The notes under the pieces: generated by a model
What the model saw: only the letters and a program-made list of their open reading frames with translations
Database searches by the model: none
What the model was told of the DNA's origin: nothing
Translations under genes and position numbers: made by a program
Shown here: in pieces, positions 40,234 through 50,387 of the stretch
Numbering within the stretch: the first letter of the stretch is position 1
How the letters are laid out: every line of letters begins with the position of its first letter
NCBI GenBank assembly: GCA_965206595.1
Contig: OZ242214.1
Coordinates: 2,144,001 to 2,208,000, forward strand
Length of the DNA stretch: 64,000 bases
Source of the DNA: Candidatus Latescibacterota bacterium
GTDB taxonomy: Bacteria > Latescibacterota > UBA2968 > UBA8231
Direction: 5' to 3'

Positions 40234-40983
40234 ATGAGCACCCTCGACTTCCGCCCCCGGGTTCCCGTGTTCGACGCCAACATCGGCGTCGGCCACCGGC
40301 ACGACCGGCCCTCCCCCTGCCCGGACGCGGACAGCCTGCTGGAGGAAATGGACCGCCACGGCGTCGGCCGCGGCCTCGTCTACCACCGGCAGGGGGAGCG
40401 GATCAGCGCGATCGAGGGGAACGAAGCCCTGGCGGAATGGGACCACGAGGCGCTTTTCCCCCAGTGGATGGCCGGCCCGAGCGGCGATTCCCTGCGCCAG
40501 CTGCAGTCGCTGCACGACGACGGCAGGCTGCGCAGCGTCCGCCTGCACAACACCGAGGAATGCCGCATCCCGTTCGCCGACTGGGTCTACGGCGAGCTGC
40601 TGGCCTGGCTCGACGCCGAGCGCATCCCGCTGTGGGTGTCGCTGGCCGACACCCCGCCGGTCGAGATCCTGGAGACCCTGCGCCGCTACCCCGGCCTGCG
40701 CGCGGTGCTTCTTGGCGCCCACTACACCCACAGCGCGGTGCTGGTCCCGATGCTGAAACGGTTGCCGAACGCCTCCCTGGAGCTGAGCCGCTTCGAGAAT
40801 CTCGGCGGCATCGAGGCGCTGGTGGCCGGGTTCGGGGCCGGGCGCTTCCTCTACGGCTCCTTCTTTCCCCGCTACGCCATGGGACCGATGCTCTTCTACC
40901 TGCATCACACCGCCCTCGACGACGCCGCCCTGGCGGCGATCTGCTCGGGCAACCTCGAGCGACTCCTGGGGATAACGCCGTGA
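40234..40983 (+). CDS. Amidohydrolase-family protein with a degenerate metal site
   Basis: FDANIGVG in place of DxHxH; GAGRFLYGSFFP; ICSGNLERLL. Confidence 0.78.
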   Translation: MSTLDFRPRVPVFDANIGVGHRHDRPSPCPDADSLLEEMDRHGVGRGLVYHRQGERISAIEGNEALAEWDHEALFPQWMAGPSGDSLRQLQSLHDDGRLRSVRLHNTEECRIPFADWVYGELLAWLDAERIPLWVSLADTPPVEILETLRRYPGLRAVLLGAHYTHSAVLVPMLKRLPNASLELSRFENLGGIEALVAGFGAGRFLYGSFFPRYAMGPMLFYLHHTALDDAALAAICSGNLERLLGITP

Positions 40984-41729
40984 TCGACGGCCACCTCGTC
41001 ATCGACTTCCACGGGCATGTGGGACGCTGGGATGCGCTCGATGCGGTCGACGATCCTGAAAAGATGCTGCGCGCCATGGACGCGGCCGGGATCGACAGGA
41101 GCTGCCTCTTCAACATCTTCCATCCCGACGGCCGCCCCGGAAACGACGCCACCGCCGCCTTCGTCGCCCGCCACCCCGACCGCTTCATCGGCTTCGCCTA
41201 CGTCTCGCCGACGATGCCCCAGACCATCCGTCCCGAGCTGGAGCGGGCCATCGACGAGCTGGGGATGCCGGCGATCAAGATCTACCCACCCTACACGCCG
41301 TACCCCCTCGACGACCCTGCCTGGGACCCGGTGTACGGCTTCGCCGACCAGCGCGGCCTCGCCGTCATCGCCCACACCGGGGCCGAGCCGACCGCGGCCC
41401 CGGAGCAGTTCGGCCGCGCCGCGGCGCGTTTTCCCAACGCCCATTTCGTCGCCGGCCACAGCGGAAATATCGAGCCGTATCGATCCCAGGCGATCGCCGC
41501 GGCCCGCGCCAACGCCAACTACTACCTCGAGACCTGCTCGACTTACCGGCAGCCGGGGGTCGTCGAAAGGCTCGTCGCCGAGGCCGGGGCGGACCGGGTG
41601 ATCTTCGGGTCCGACATCCCGTTGATGGACCCGCGGCCGCAGCTCGGCAAGATCGTCACCGCGGCCATCGGCGCGGAGGCCAAGCGCCTGATCCTCGGCG
41701 GCAACGCCCGCCGGCTGCTCAAGCTGTAG
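40980..41729 (+). CDS. Amidohydrolase_2 family protein
   Basis: GTG start overlapping the previous stop; IDFHGH, IKIYP, AHT, GHSG and FGSD. Confidence 0.88.
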   Translation: MIDGHLVIDFHGHVGRWDALDAVDDPEKMLRAMDAAGIDRSCLFNIFHPDGRPGNDATAAFVARHPDRFIGFAYVSPTMPQTIRPELERAIDELGMPAIKIYPPYTPYPLDDPAWDPVYGFADQRGLAVIAHTGAEPTAAPEQFGRAAARFPNAHFVAGHSGNIEPYRSQAIAAARANANYYLETCSTYRQPGVVERLVAEAGADRVIFGSDIPLMDPRPQLGKIVTAAIGAEAKRLILGGNARRLLKL

Positions 41730-41748
41730 CTGCCCTGGAGCGGTTGCG

Positions 41749-44673
41749 ATGGCCGGCCGCCGCGATCCCGGATGCCCCGGCAGGGGCGCCCTTTCCCTTG
41801 CGATCCTCGTTCCCCTACTGACACTGGAGGTCCTCGACGTGCATGCGACCGAGCTGTTCGTCGCGCCGGACGGCAGCGACTCCAACCCCGGCACCCGCGC
41901 CGCTCCCTTCGCCACCCCGGCCGCGGCCCGCGACGCCCTGCGGGCGCGGCGCGCAGCAGGAGCCTTGCCGGGGCCTGCCGTCGTCAACCTGAGGGGCGGC
42001 GCCTACCGGATCACCGAGACCCTGCTGCTCGGGCCGGAAGACTCCGGCACCGGCGAGGCTCCCGCCATCTGGCAGGCGGAGCCGGGCACCGGGGAGGTCC
42101 GCTTCGTCGGAGGGGTGCGGCTTTCCGAATGGCGACAGGTGGAAGACCGCGGCGTCCTCGAACGCCTGCGGCCGGAGGCCCGGGCCCGCGTCGTGCAGAC
42201 CGACCTGCGGGCCGCCGGCGCCGCGGACCTCGGCATGCCGGCCCCTGTCGGCGGCCCCCGCGCCGAGCTGATCTGCAACGCCCGCTACATGCCGCTGGCC
42301 CGCTACCCGAACCGGGACTGGCTGAAGGTCAGCGCCATCCCCGAGGGCGGGACCCTCGTCGAAACCCAGCGCGACAGCCATTACGGCCGCTTCGCCTACG
42401 ACGACGACCGCCCCGCCGGCTGGGCGGACACCGGCGACCTCTGGGTGCACGGGTACTGGGTGCACGACTGGAGGGACCAATACCACCGCGTAGAGGGGCT
42501 CGACCTCGAGAGACGGGAGATCCGGCCGCAGCAGCCCTACCACCAGTACGGGTACCGCAAGGGGCAGCGCTTCTACTTCCTCAACGTCCTCGAAGAGCTG
42601 GACGAGCCGGGGGAGTGGTACCTCGACCGCGGCAGCGGCATCCTCTACTTCTGGCCGCCCGCCGACCTCGCCGGGGCCGAGATCTTCTTTCCGCAGCTGG
42701 CCGCACCGATGCTCGTCATGCAGGAGACGCGCCACGTGCTGGTGCGGCGAATCACCTTCGAGGCCGCCTGGGACAAGGCGGTGGTCATCGAGAACGGCAG
42801 CGACAACGAGATCGCCGGCTGCACGATCCGCAACTTCGGCGCCCGCGTCGCCGTCGTCATCGGCGGCACCCGCAACGGCATCCGCAGCAGCGACCTCTAC
42901 GAGGTAGCCGGGGCCGGAATCCAGCTGGGAGGCGGAGACCGCACAAATCTCACTCCCGGGAACAACTCGGCGGTCAACAACGACATACACCGCACCGGCC
43001 GCGTCTACCGCACCTATCACGGCGCCTTCCGGCTCGAGGGCGTCGGCAACCGCATCGCCCACTGCTGGATCCACGACCTGCCGCACCAGGGGATCGGCTA
43101 CAAGGGGAACGACCACGTCATCGAGTACTGCGAGTTCGAGCGCATCGCCCTGGAGACCGGGGACGTCGGGGCGACCTACACCGGCGCCGACTGGACCTTC
43201 CTGGGGCACGAGTTCCGCTACAACTACTTCCACGACATCCACGGGCCCGGAAGGCTCGGCTGCTACACCATCTACCCCGACCTGCCCTGCGGCGGCATCC
43301 GCCTGCACCACAACATCTTCTACGACGTCGACCAGGTCTTCCACAGCAACAGCGGCCGCGCCATGGTGATCGAGAACAACATCTTCCTGCGCGCCGACCT
43401 TGCCCTGAGCTTCAGGGTCTGGAAGGACTCGTCGATGTTCCTGGAGGAGGGGCCCTGGAGGATGGTGGAGAACCTCGAGGCGGCACGCTACGACCAGCCG
43501 CCCTACATCACCCGCTACCCGACCCTGCGGCAGCTCGCCGCGGACTTCAGCCTCGGCCCCGAACAACTCCTGCAGCGCCAGCTTCCCAAGGACAACGTGA
43601 TCCGGCGCAACGTCAGCCGCACCGGCCTGTTCCTGCGGCTCGGAGCGGAGGCCGGCCTCGACCACGTGCGGGTGGAGGAAAACCTGATAGCCGACGCCGA
43701 GGTCTTCCACGGCTCCTTCGACGGCAGCGGCGAGAGGGTCCTTTACAGGAACGGGGACGCAGAGGCCGCGGCCCGGTTGGGGGAGCGGGGCAACGTCATC
43801 CTCGACGGCGACCCCGGCTTCGGCGGACTCGAGACCCAGGACTTCCGGCTCGCCGCCGATTCCCCGGCGTGGGACCTCGGGTTCGAGCCGATCCCCTTCC
43901 ACGAGATCGGCCTGCGCGTCGACGAGTACCGGCAGTCCCTGCCGCGGCGGGCGGCGGCGCCGCTGATCACCCCCGGGTCCCGGGTCTTCCCCAACGAGGT
44001 GGCGGTCCGCCTGACGCCGTCCCCCCTTCCCGGCGGTCCGCAAAGCGTGCTGCGCTACACCCTCGACGGCACCGACCCGACCGCGTCCTCGCCGGTTTAT
44101 TCCGGGCCGCTCCGCATCGACCGCGACGCCACCGTCAAGGCGGCCTCGTTCCGCGACGGCGTGCAGTCGGAGGTGGTGGCCGAGGCCTACGAGCGCATCG
44201 ACCTCGCGGACGGGGCGGTGTACCTCAGCGACCTCGCCGAGCGGGAGGTCGAGGCGTACCCCGGCTGCTGGGCGCGGGACCGCAACTACCTCGGCGGGCC
44301 GATCCGCCTGGGGGGCAAGGCATACCCCAAGGGGCTGCTCCTGCATCCGCGCGAGGCCGACGGCGGGGGCCGCGCCTGGGTCGTCTACGACCTGGAGGGG
44401 GCCCTGGAAAAGGCGACGACCTTCACCGCCCTCATCGGCATCGACGACGAGATGGAGAGCTGGGGCCTCGGCTCCAGCATCTTCATCGTCGAGATCGACC
44501 GCGGCGGCGGCTGGGAGCGGGTGTTCGAGAGCGGCAGGCTCGCGGTCGGAGAGGCGCCGCAACGGATCAGCGTCGACATTTCCGGGGCAGGGCGGCTCAA
44601 GCTGATCACCACCGATGCCGGAGACGGCATCTCCTGCGACCACGCAGTCTGGGGGCTCGCCGAGCTCCATTGA
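41749..44673 (+). CDS. Secreted right-handed beta-helix protein with Fn3-associated and NPCBM/NEW2 domains
   Basis: FVAPDGSDSNPGT..APFAT, ELDEPGEWYLD, RYTLDGTDPT and DAGDGISCDHAVW. Confidence 0.85.
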   Translation: MAGRRDPGCPGRGALSLAILVPLLTLEVLDVHATELFVAPDGSDSNPGTRAAPFATPAAARDALRARRAAGALPGPAVVNLRGGAYRITETLLLGPEDSGTGEAPAIWQAEPGTGEVRFVGGVRLSEWRQVEDRGVLERLRPEARARVVQTDLRAAGAADLGMPAPVGGPRAELICNARYMPLARYPNRDWLKVSAIPEGGTLVETQRDSHYGRFAYDDDRPAGWADTGDLWVHGYWVHDWRDQYHRVEGLDLERREIRPQQPYHQYGYRKGQRFYFLNVLEELDEPGEWYLDRGSGILYFWPPADLAGAEIFFPQLAAPMLVMQETRHVLVRRITFEAAWDKAVVIENGSDNEIAGCTIRNFGARVAVVIGGTRNGIRSSDLYEVAGAGIQLGGGDRTNLTPGNNSAVNNDIHRTGRVYRTYHGAFRLEGVGNRIAHCWIHDLPHQGIGYKGNDHVIEYCEFERIALETGDVGATYTGADWTFLGHEFRYNYFHDIHGPGRLGCYTIYPDLPCGGIRLHHNIFYDVDQVFHSNSGRAMVIENNIFLRADLALSFRVWKDSSMFLEEGPWRMVENLEAARYDQPPYITRYPTLRQLAADFSLGPEQLLQRQLPKDNVIRRNVSRTGLFLRLGAEAGLDHVRVEENLIADAEVFHGSFDGSGERVLYRNGDAEAAARLGERGNVILDGDPGFGGLETQDFRLAADSPAWDLGFEPIPFHEIGLRVDEYRQSLPRRAAAPLITPGSRVFPNEVAVRLTPSPLPGGPQSVLRYTLDGTDPTASSPVYSGPLRIDRDATVKAASFRDGVQSEVVAEAYERIDLADGAVYLSDLAEREVEAYPGCWARDRNYLGGPIRLGGKAYPKGLLLHPREADGGGRAWVVYDLEGALEKATTFTALIGIDDEMESWGLGSSIFIVEIDRGGGWERVFESGRLAVGEAPQRISVDISGAGRLKLITTDAGDGISCDHAVWGLAELH

Positions 44674-44908
44674 ACGGAGGAACCCGTACGGGCAAGGGCT
44701 CGATCCGTCGTGATGCCGGGCCTTGGTCGGAAAGCCCTTCGCGATCTGCCGAGGCCTGGGAAGCCGTTTCGCGGGCAGGTCCGGGCCGCGGGCTGGACCG
44801 GTTCCGGCCTGGGCCATTTTCGATAAAACCTCTCCGCAGAAAGGCTCCGTCCAGGCCGCGGGCCGGAGGGACCGGCAACCCACATGGACATTCTCAGGAG
44901 ATTCTGAA

Positions 44909-46021
44909 ATGAGCGCACCCCTCCGCGCCGCGGTGATCGGCCTCGGGCGCATGGGCAGCACCTTCGACGACGAGCGCACCGGCGGCGGCGCCGTGTACCT
45001 GCCGTACTGCCACACCCCCGCCTACCTCGCCTCGCCGCACACCGAGTTGGTCGGGGGCGCCGACCCGCACGACGAGCAGCGCTCGATATACGCCGAACGC
45101 TGGGGCCTGCAGGGGCACGTGTACGCCGACTACCGGGAGCTGCTCGACAAGGAGAAGCCCGACATCGTCAGCGTCTGCACCAGCGCGCGGCCGCGGGCGG
45201 AGATCGTCGAGACCGCGGCGCGCTCCGGGGTAACGGCGATCTGGGCCGAGAAGCCGGTCGCCCTGACCCTGGCCGGTGCGGACCGCATGGTCGAGGTCTG
45301 CGCCGCCAACGGCGTCACCCTGGCGGTCAACTGCGCCCGGCGCTGGAACCCCCACTACGCCAGCGCCCGCGAGCTGATCATGGACGGGGAGATCGGCGAG
45401 CTGCTGCAGGTGACCGCCTACTACCTGTGCGGCCTGTCCCACAACGGCAGCCACGGCATCGACGCCATGCGCTACCTCGCCGCCGACGCCGACGTCCGCT
45501 GGGTATTCGGGGAGATCGAGTCGGACGAGGCGGCCTTCGGTGAGGAGGATCCGCAGGGGAACGGGTACCTGGCGTTCGACAACGGCGTGCGCGGGTTCCT
45601 GCGCTCGATGGAGTGCGGGCCGGTCACCGGGCGCGAGTTCGACGTCCTCGGGACCGGGGGCAGGATCCGCGTGCTCGAGAGCATCCTGCAGTACGAGCTG
45701 TGGAAGCCGGTCCCGGGAGGCCCGCGGGGAGGCACGCAGGCGGCGCAGCTGCCCTTCCCCTACCCGACCCGTATCGAGGGGATGGGGCCGACCATCGTCG
45801 ACGACATCGTCAGGTCGGCCGAGGCCGGGAGCAAGCCGCGCTGCTCCGGGGCGGACGCGCGGGACGCCCTCGAGGTCGCCCTGGCCCTGCGGGAATCGCA
45901 CCGCCGGGGGTTCGTCCGGGTCGACCTGCCGCTGGAGGACCGCTCCCTCGGTATCGTATCGGCGGAGGCGCTGGAGGACGACCTGCCGGCGCGGGTGAGG
46001 CGGTTGCAGGCGGGGGGATGA
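44909..46021 (+). CDS. Gfo/Idh/MocA oxidoreductase
   Basis: AGGAG RBS; VIGLGRMG, AEKP and HGID. Confidence 0.9.
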   Translation: MSAPLRAAVIGLGRMGSTFDDERTGGGAVYLPYCHTPAYLASPHTELVGGADPHDEQRSIYAERWGLQGHVYADYRELLDKEKPDIVSVCTSARPRAEIVETAARSGVTAIWAEKPVALTLAGADRMVEVCAANGVTLAVNCARRWNPHYASARELIMDGEIGELLQVTAYYLCGLSHNGSHGIDAMRYLAADADVRWVFGEIESDEAAFGEEDPQGNGYLAFDNGVRGFLRSMECGPVTGREFDVLGTGGRIRVLESILQYELWKPVPGGPRGGTQAAQLPFPYPTRIEGMGPTIVDDIVRSAEAGSKPRCSGADARDALEVALALRESHRRGFVRVDLPLEDRSLGIVSAEALEDDLPARVRRLQAGG

Positions 46022-46301
46022 GGCTCGATGCGCTTTAGGAAAATCACCTCCGGCCGGTCTTCTCGTCGCAGCCGAACGCTCAACTTGATCACCGGGGCTT
46101 TCCGACCATGCATATACGACGCACTACTTGTCCATTCGCGGAGGGGCGGTCGTGGGAAGCAGATGAGGTAGCGAGGGAACACCAGTAGCCCAAAGTCAAT
46201 CAACTAAACCGGCACAGTCACGCCCAAGTGCAATAGACCTCTCTTCTTCGCATCATCAATTGTTTTCTCACAGCTTTGTTGTCAGTCAGGAGGATTACGG
46301 G

Positions 46302-47246
46302 ATGCAACGACTCGTCTGGCTCAAACTCAGCCTCACATTGGCAGGCTTCCTCTCTGTCGCAAACGCCCAACCCCCGGACCGCATCTTTCCCATCATGCAG
46401 TTGACCGACCGCGACGTCGCCGAGATCGACGTGACGGACGGTTCAGTCGAGGACTGGGAATATATCGCCGGGGAGCCCACGCTCACCCCGCTGGACTTCG
46501 CGGAACCCTTTTTTAGCTCGTACGATCCTTCTGATATGGATTTTCGCATCTGGCTTGGATGGCACGATGCCACTGACCGCATTTTCTTCGCCATGGAGAG
46601 GGTCGACGACGTATACGTCAACCACTTCGAACGCGAGGATGATGAGGCTCTGCGCATTATGATTCATCACGACTCCTCGGTGTCGTTTGCCGTTGACGGA
46701 GACCACTTGGGCGGCGCGCAGTGGTCCTCCGAGGAATCTTCAGAGGATTGGCTGCAGACCCCCACCCAGGCACAGGTTTTCCATGCTCTCGGGGAGGTTT
46801 TCGACGGGGGCTCCCTGGTTGGCATCTTTCCCCATTCGATTCATATGGGTGCGGACTGGTTCAGTCAGCCTCCGTTTGCACACGGAGGCGGCGCAGTGTT
46901 TGGCGGATCCCCCATCTTCTCGGTGACGGAATTCTACGTGACCCCATTTGACCTCTTTGTATCGACGGGTCCGGAAGACAGTGACGTGTCCGATCTGTTC
47001 GGCGGAAAGATCATCGGTTTCAATATCATGATACCCGACGTGGATGCCGAGGTGGATGGTCGTCCTGGCGCATGGGAGACCCTCCACCTGCTAGCAGCCT
47101 CCCCACTCAACGTATACAGGCCTCTGTTGGGATGGTCAGCAGACGACTTCGCCGACGGGGTTCTGGTCACGCCGAGTGGTTTGTCATCCGACAATTCGGC
47201 GGTCGAAAGCGATTCCTGGGCCCGAATCAAGGCGGCGATCGAATAG
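46302..47246 (+). CDS. Secreted protein, paralog of 36002-36958, ending in AVESDSWARIKAAIE
   Basis: AGGAGG RBS, signal peptide; shares GEPT.T.LDF, DPSD.DF.IWL.WHD and E.YVTPFD with its paralog. Confidence 0.8.
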   Translation: MQRLVWLKLSLTLAGFLSVANAQPPDRIFPIMQLTDRDVAEIDVTDGSVEDWEYIAGEPTLTPLDFAEPFFSSYDPSDMDFRIWLGWHDATDRIFFAMERVDDVYVNHFEREDDEALRIMIHHDSSVSFAVDGDHLGGAQWSSEESSEDWLQTPTQAQVFHALGEVFDGGSLVGIFPHSIHMGADWFSQPPFAHGGGAVFGGSPIFSVTEFYVTPFDLFVSTGPEDSDVSDLFGGKIIGFNIMIPDVDAEVDGRPGAWETLHLLAASPLNVYRPLLGWSADDFADGVLVTPSGLSSDNSAVESDSWARIKAAIE

Positions 47247-47437
47247 TAGCTTTCCAGCCCAAAGGATACAGGAAACACCAATCGCGGGGTCGAGGCCTCT
47301 CCCCTGCGAGCGGGTGTGGACTATCATCCTATGGACCTGTCCCGGTTCGACAGGTTCTCCCCCACACCTTCTCCATGTCATCGCAATGGAAAACCGCTGC
47401 CTTGTTCGGAGTTGATCCCCCCTGCCGAGGCCGGCGG

Positions 47438-48415
47438 TCAGTCCAGGACACGGTCCTGGCCGGCCGAGGCCTCGTCGAGGCGGGCCCGCTCCTCCGGCGT
47501 GATCGACCAGCCCACGGCGCCGGCGTTCTCTTCCATGTGAGCCACCGTGTCGCCGCCGGTGATGGCGGCCGTCACCTCCGAGTGGGAGAGCACCCAGTTG
47601 ATCGCCGTCTGCGCCACGGTGCGTCCGTGGGCGCCGGCGATCTCCCGCAGGATCGCCAGGGTGCGGCGCGCCGCCTCGTTCAGGGCCTGTTCCAAGTCGC
47701 CGGCGCGCCCGGTGGCGTAGAGGGTTCCGTCAGGCGGCGGCTGTCCGGGGGTGTACACGCCGGAGAGCAGGCCCACCCCGAGGGGGCTGTAGGTCATGAC
47801 TCCGAACCCCTGGTCGCGCTGCGCCGGCCACATCTCATTCTCCAGCTCGCGGTTGAGGAGGTTGTAGGGGTTCTGGATGCAGATCAGGGGATCGAGCCCG
47901 AGGCGGTCCTGCGTCCACAGCGCCTTGAGCACCTGCCAGGCCTGGAAGTTGGAGACGCCCACGTAGCGGGTCTTGCCGGCGCGCACCACCTCGTCGAGGG
48001 CGCGCAGCGTCTCCTCGAGGGGCGTCCCGTCGTCGTACTCGTGCAGGATGTAGATGTCGATGTGATCGGTCCCGAGGCGGGCAAGGGTGCGGTCGATCTC
48101 CCGCAGGATGTGATAACGCGACAGTCCCGCGTCGTTCGGCCCGCCGCCTATGCGGGCGGCCACCTTCGAGGTGACCACGAGGTCGCCGCGGTGCCGTTTG
48201 AGGACCCGCGCCAGGAGCTGCTCCGACGTGCCGCGGGTCTCGTAACCGTCCCCGAGGCCGTAGATGTTGGCGCAGTCGATGAAGTTGATCCCGAGCTCGA
48301 TGCCCCGTTCGATGGTGCGTTCCGCCTCGTCCGCGTCATCCTGCCCGCGCAGGCCCAGGCCGTAGGCCAGGCGCGATACCTTCAGGCCGGAGCGGCCGAA
48401 ATTTACGTATTCCAT
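47438..48415 (-). CDS. Aldo/keto reductase
   Basis: FGRSGLKVSRL, DCANIYG, GKTRYVGVSNF and YSPLG.GLLSG. Confidence 0.92.
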   Translation of the reverse strand: MEYVNFGRSGLKVSRLAYGLGLRGQDDADEAERTIERGIELGINFIDCANIYGLGDGYETRGTSEQLLARVLKRHRGDLVVTSKVAARIGGGPNDAGLSRYHILREIDRTLARLGTDHIDIYILHEYDDGTPLEETLRALDEVVRAGKTRYVGVSNFQAWQVLKALWTQDRLGLDPLICIQNPYNLLNRELENEMWPAQRDQGFGVMTYSPLGVGLLSGVYTPGQPPPDGTLYATGRAGDLEQALNEAARRTLAILREIAGAHGRTVAQTAINWVLSHSEVTAAITGGDTVAHMEENAGAVGWSITPEERARLDEASAGQDRVLD

Positions 48416-48467
48416 GTTCTCCTCCTCGTACTGTGTCTGAATCCGGTCCCTCCATGAGCTCTATAAA

Positions 48468-49052
48468 CTAGGCGTTTTCCAGGAGACCACCCGCGTCCAG
48501 CACATGCCAGAAGGCGTAGTCCGCATGATGCACTATCGTGTTCTCCAGACTGCGGACGACCAACTCGCCCTCACCCGAATGTGCGCCTGCCGCGTGCGCG
48601 ACCGCTTCCGGAAGCCCGACGGTCAGGCAGACGTGCACGCCGTAGCCCGGATGCCGAATCGAAGGGAACCCCGCGGCGCCCGGCGATTCCCGCCAGCGGG
48701 CCTGGTTCTCCGGGTCGAACTCCCACGGCTTGCCCACGTCATGGCACAACGCGCAGGCAACCAGGAGGTCGCGGTTCACTTCGAGCTCGGGAAACAGCGC
48801 GGTCAGTTCGTCGCCGATGCGCATGGCAAGCCGCGTGACCCCGCGGATATGGTGGGTCTGTGTTCCCCGCTTGAGCGGCGGTGTGTCCGGATTGCCTGAC
48901 GCACGGATTTCGTCAATGGATTTGAATGAGCTTTTCCCGAGGGCGTATGCCCAGGCATCGATCACCTGATTGCGCAGCGTTTCGTCGCTGATTTCGTTCA
49001 CCTCGGGCAACGAGCGAATGACCGACTGCCGCAACTCTTCAGCAATCTGCAT
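48468..49052 (-). CDS. HD domain protein
   Basis: HIRGVT, ALCHDVGK and IVHHAD. Confidence 0.87.
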   Translation of the reverse strand: MQIAEELRQSVIRSLPEVNEISDETLRNQVIDAWAYALGKSSFKSIDEIRASGNPDTPPLKRGTQTHHIRGVTRLAMRIGDELTALFPELEVNRDLLVACALCHDVGKPWEFDPENQARWRESPGAAGFPSIRHPGYGVHVCLTVGLPEAVAHAAGAHSGEGELVVRSLENTIVHHADYAFWHVLDAGGLLENA

Positions 49053-49150
49053 AACCTCCTCCTGTAGAAATCGAAAAAAACGAGAGCGTGTTCAGCGGAT
49101 TTACGGATCGCTCCGTTACCTTGGCTTTTCCTGCCTTCAAAACGCCCTTC

Positions 49151-50071
49151 TCAAAAGTGCAGCGTGGCGACTGGGAACAAGCTGCCCCTCGGGTTCGGTG
49201 CAAAGCCGATTGAGAAACCGCGGGCGGCGGAGAACCTGCGCCACCATTCCGACGCCAGCGTTGCACCGACGACAGGGCCGATAAGGATGGATGGGAGCAT
49301 TTCTGGACTGGTGATCGTCAACCCAATGCCTCCGATTAATCCCACCACACTGCCTCCCAGTGACAAGCCTGTGTCCGCGATGAAGGACAGCATAGAGGGG
49401 TCGTATCGTGGATCAACCACACTGTAGTCAACCGCAGAAACGCCAATCGCCACTCCGGCCAGATAACCGAATGCAGGTGGTCCTAAACAGTCGAGCTCTT
49501 GGCTCCCCCCGCAGTATGAGCCACCTATCACGCCCCCCAGCATCCCAAAAAAAGATCCGGTGATCAGCTTGAAGGCAACCCGCTTACCAGTTCTTGATCC
49601 TTTGCTCTCGGGAAGACTATCCAACGTCGCGCCGCTTACTGCATGTTGCGTATCTACCACCGCCAGGGTCTGAATTGGCAATCCATCCGGCCGTACTCTC
49701 TGCGGCCGCTCCGTCGCTCTCCGGGAAGGTGGCCCTACCTGGACCAGCGTTAGAATTCGCTCCAGGGCCATGGGTTTCAGCCTGCCATCTCGTCCTCGGG
49801 ATAGAGTCAACGTCTCCCCATTGATGGCCTGGATGTAGCCACGGGCGGTCTCCAGCCTTTCCCACTCCCCGGATAGCGGGTGCCGCTCCCCCTGCCCATG
49901 GATCACCACCGCAAAGGCGCCCACCTCCACCGTGCTGCTGTCGATCTGACCGCCTTTCAGGATCACCCCTGCCTGCGGCACCCCGGCGGCGTCACCGGTG
50001 GCCGCGTCAGCATGGTTGCCCCGTGAGCAGAGCGAAACGGCCGTGACAAAAAAGACAAAGATGAGGCTCAT
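49151..50071 (-). CDS. Hypothetical exported protein with C-terminal Gly-rich hydrophobic helices
   Basis: Signal-like N-terminus, AAGGA upstream, glycine-zipper-like segments; lower GC. Confidence 0.6.
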   Translation of the reverse strand: MSLIFVFFVTAVSLCSRGNHADAATGDAAGVPQAGVILKGGQIDSSTVEVGAFAVVIHGQGERHPLSGEWERLETARGYIQAINGETLTLSRGRDGRLKPMALERILTLVQVGPPSRRATERPQRVRPDGLPIQTLAVVDTQHAVSGATLDSLPESKGSRTGKRVAFKLITGSFFGMLGGVIGGSYCGGSQELDCLGPPAFGYLAGVAIGVSAVDYSVVDPRYDPSMLSFIADTGLSLGGSVVGLIGGIGLTITSPEMLPSILIGPVVGATLASEWWRRFSAARGFSIGFAPNPRGSLFPVATLHF

Positions 50072-50387
50072 ACGCCCTGCTTCCTTTTGCCAGGACGAGC
50101 CAATGATCGAGTTGCCGCCCGACGTACGTTGCGCCCGCGAATCCGGCGTATCTCCCTCCCCGTCCCGCGCCCACACCATCGCGTGGATTCCCCTCCGGGT
50201 CGCCCGGCGTCGCCATCAGCTTTGCGCCCCTCGAGGCGGGGGCAGCCACCCGTCGGCCCGAGGCGTCGTCGGGCACCACCGCCACCGCCCAGATCATCGC
50301 CCCAGCTGGTCCTGGCTCCCGGCGCGGAACCGTACCGTCAAAGACGAGGGAACTGGCGTCGTCGATTCGGTGGTCCCCGGTTGTCCT

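Noticed and set aside
41772-45015. Very long overlapping ORFs (1046 aa +, 1066 aa -) and similar ones at 1446-3875, 3888-6089 and 12705-14936
   Set aside because: These are shadow frames of high-GC genes with no recognisable motifs; the true frames carry clear family signatures.
47296-47368. Possible degenerate type I-E CRISPR repeat-spacer-repeat (CCTCTCCCC...GTGGAC / GTTCTCCCCCAC)
   Set aside because: Only one and a half poorly matching units and no cas genes. It is better explained as a stem-loop (GGTGTGG/CCACACC, ACCTGTC/GACAGGT) between convergent genes.
50100-50340. Possible WD40-like gene remnant on the minus strand
   Set aside because: The similarity is too weak to support by eye.
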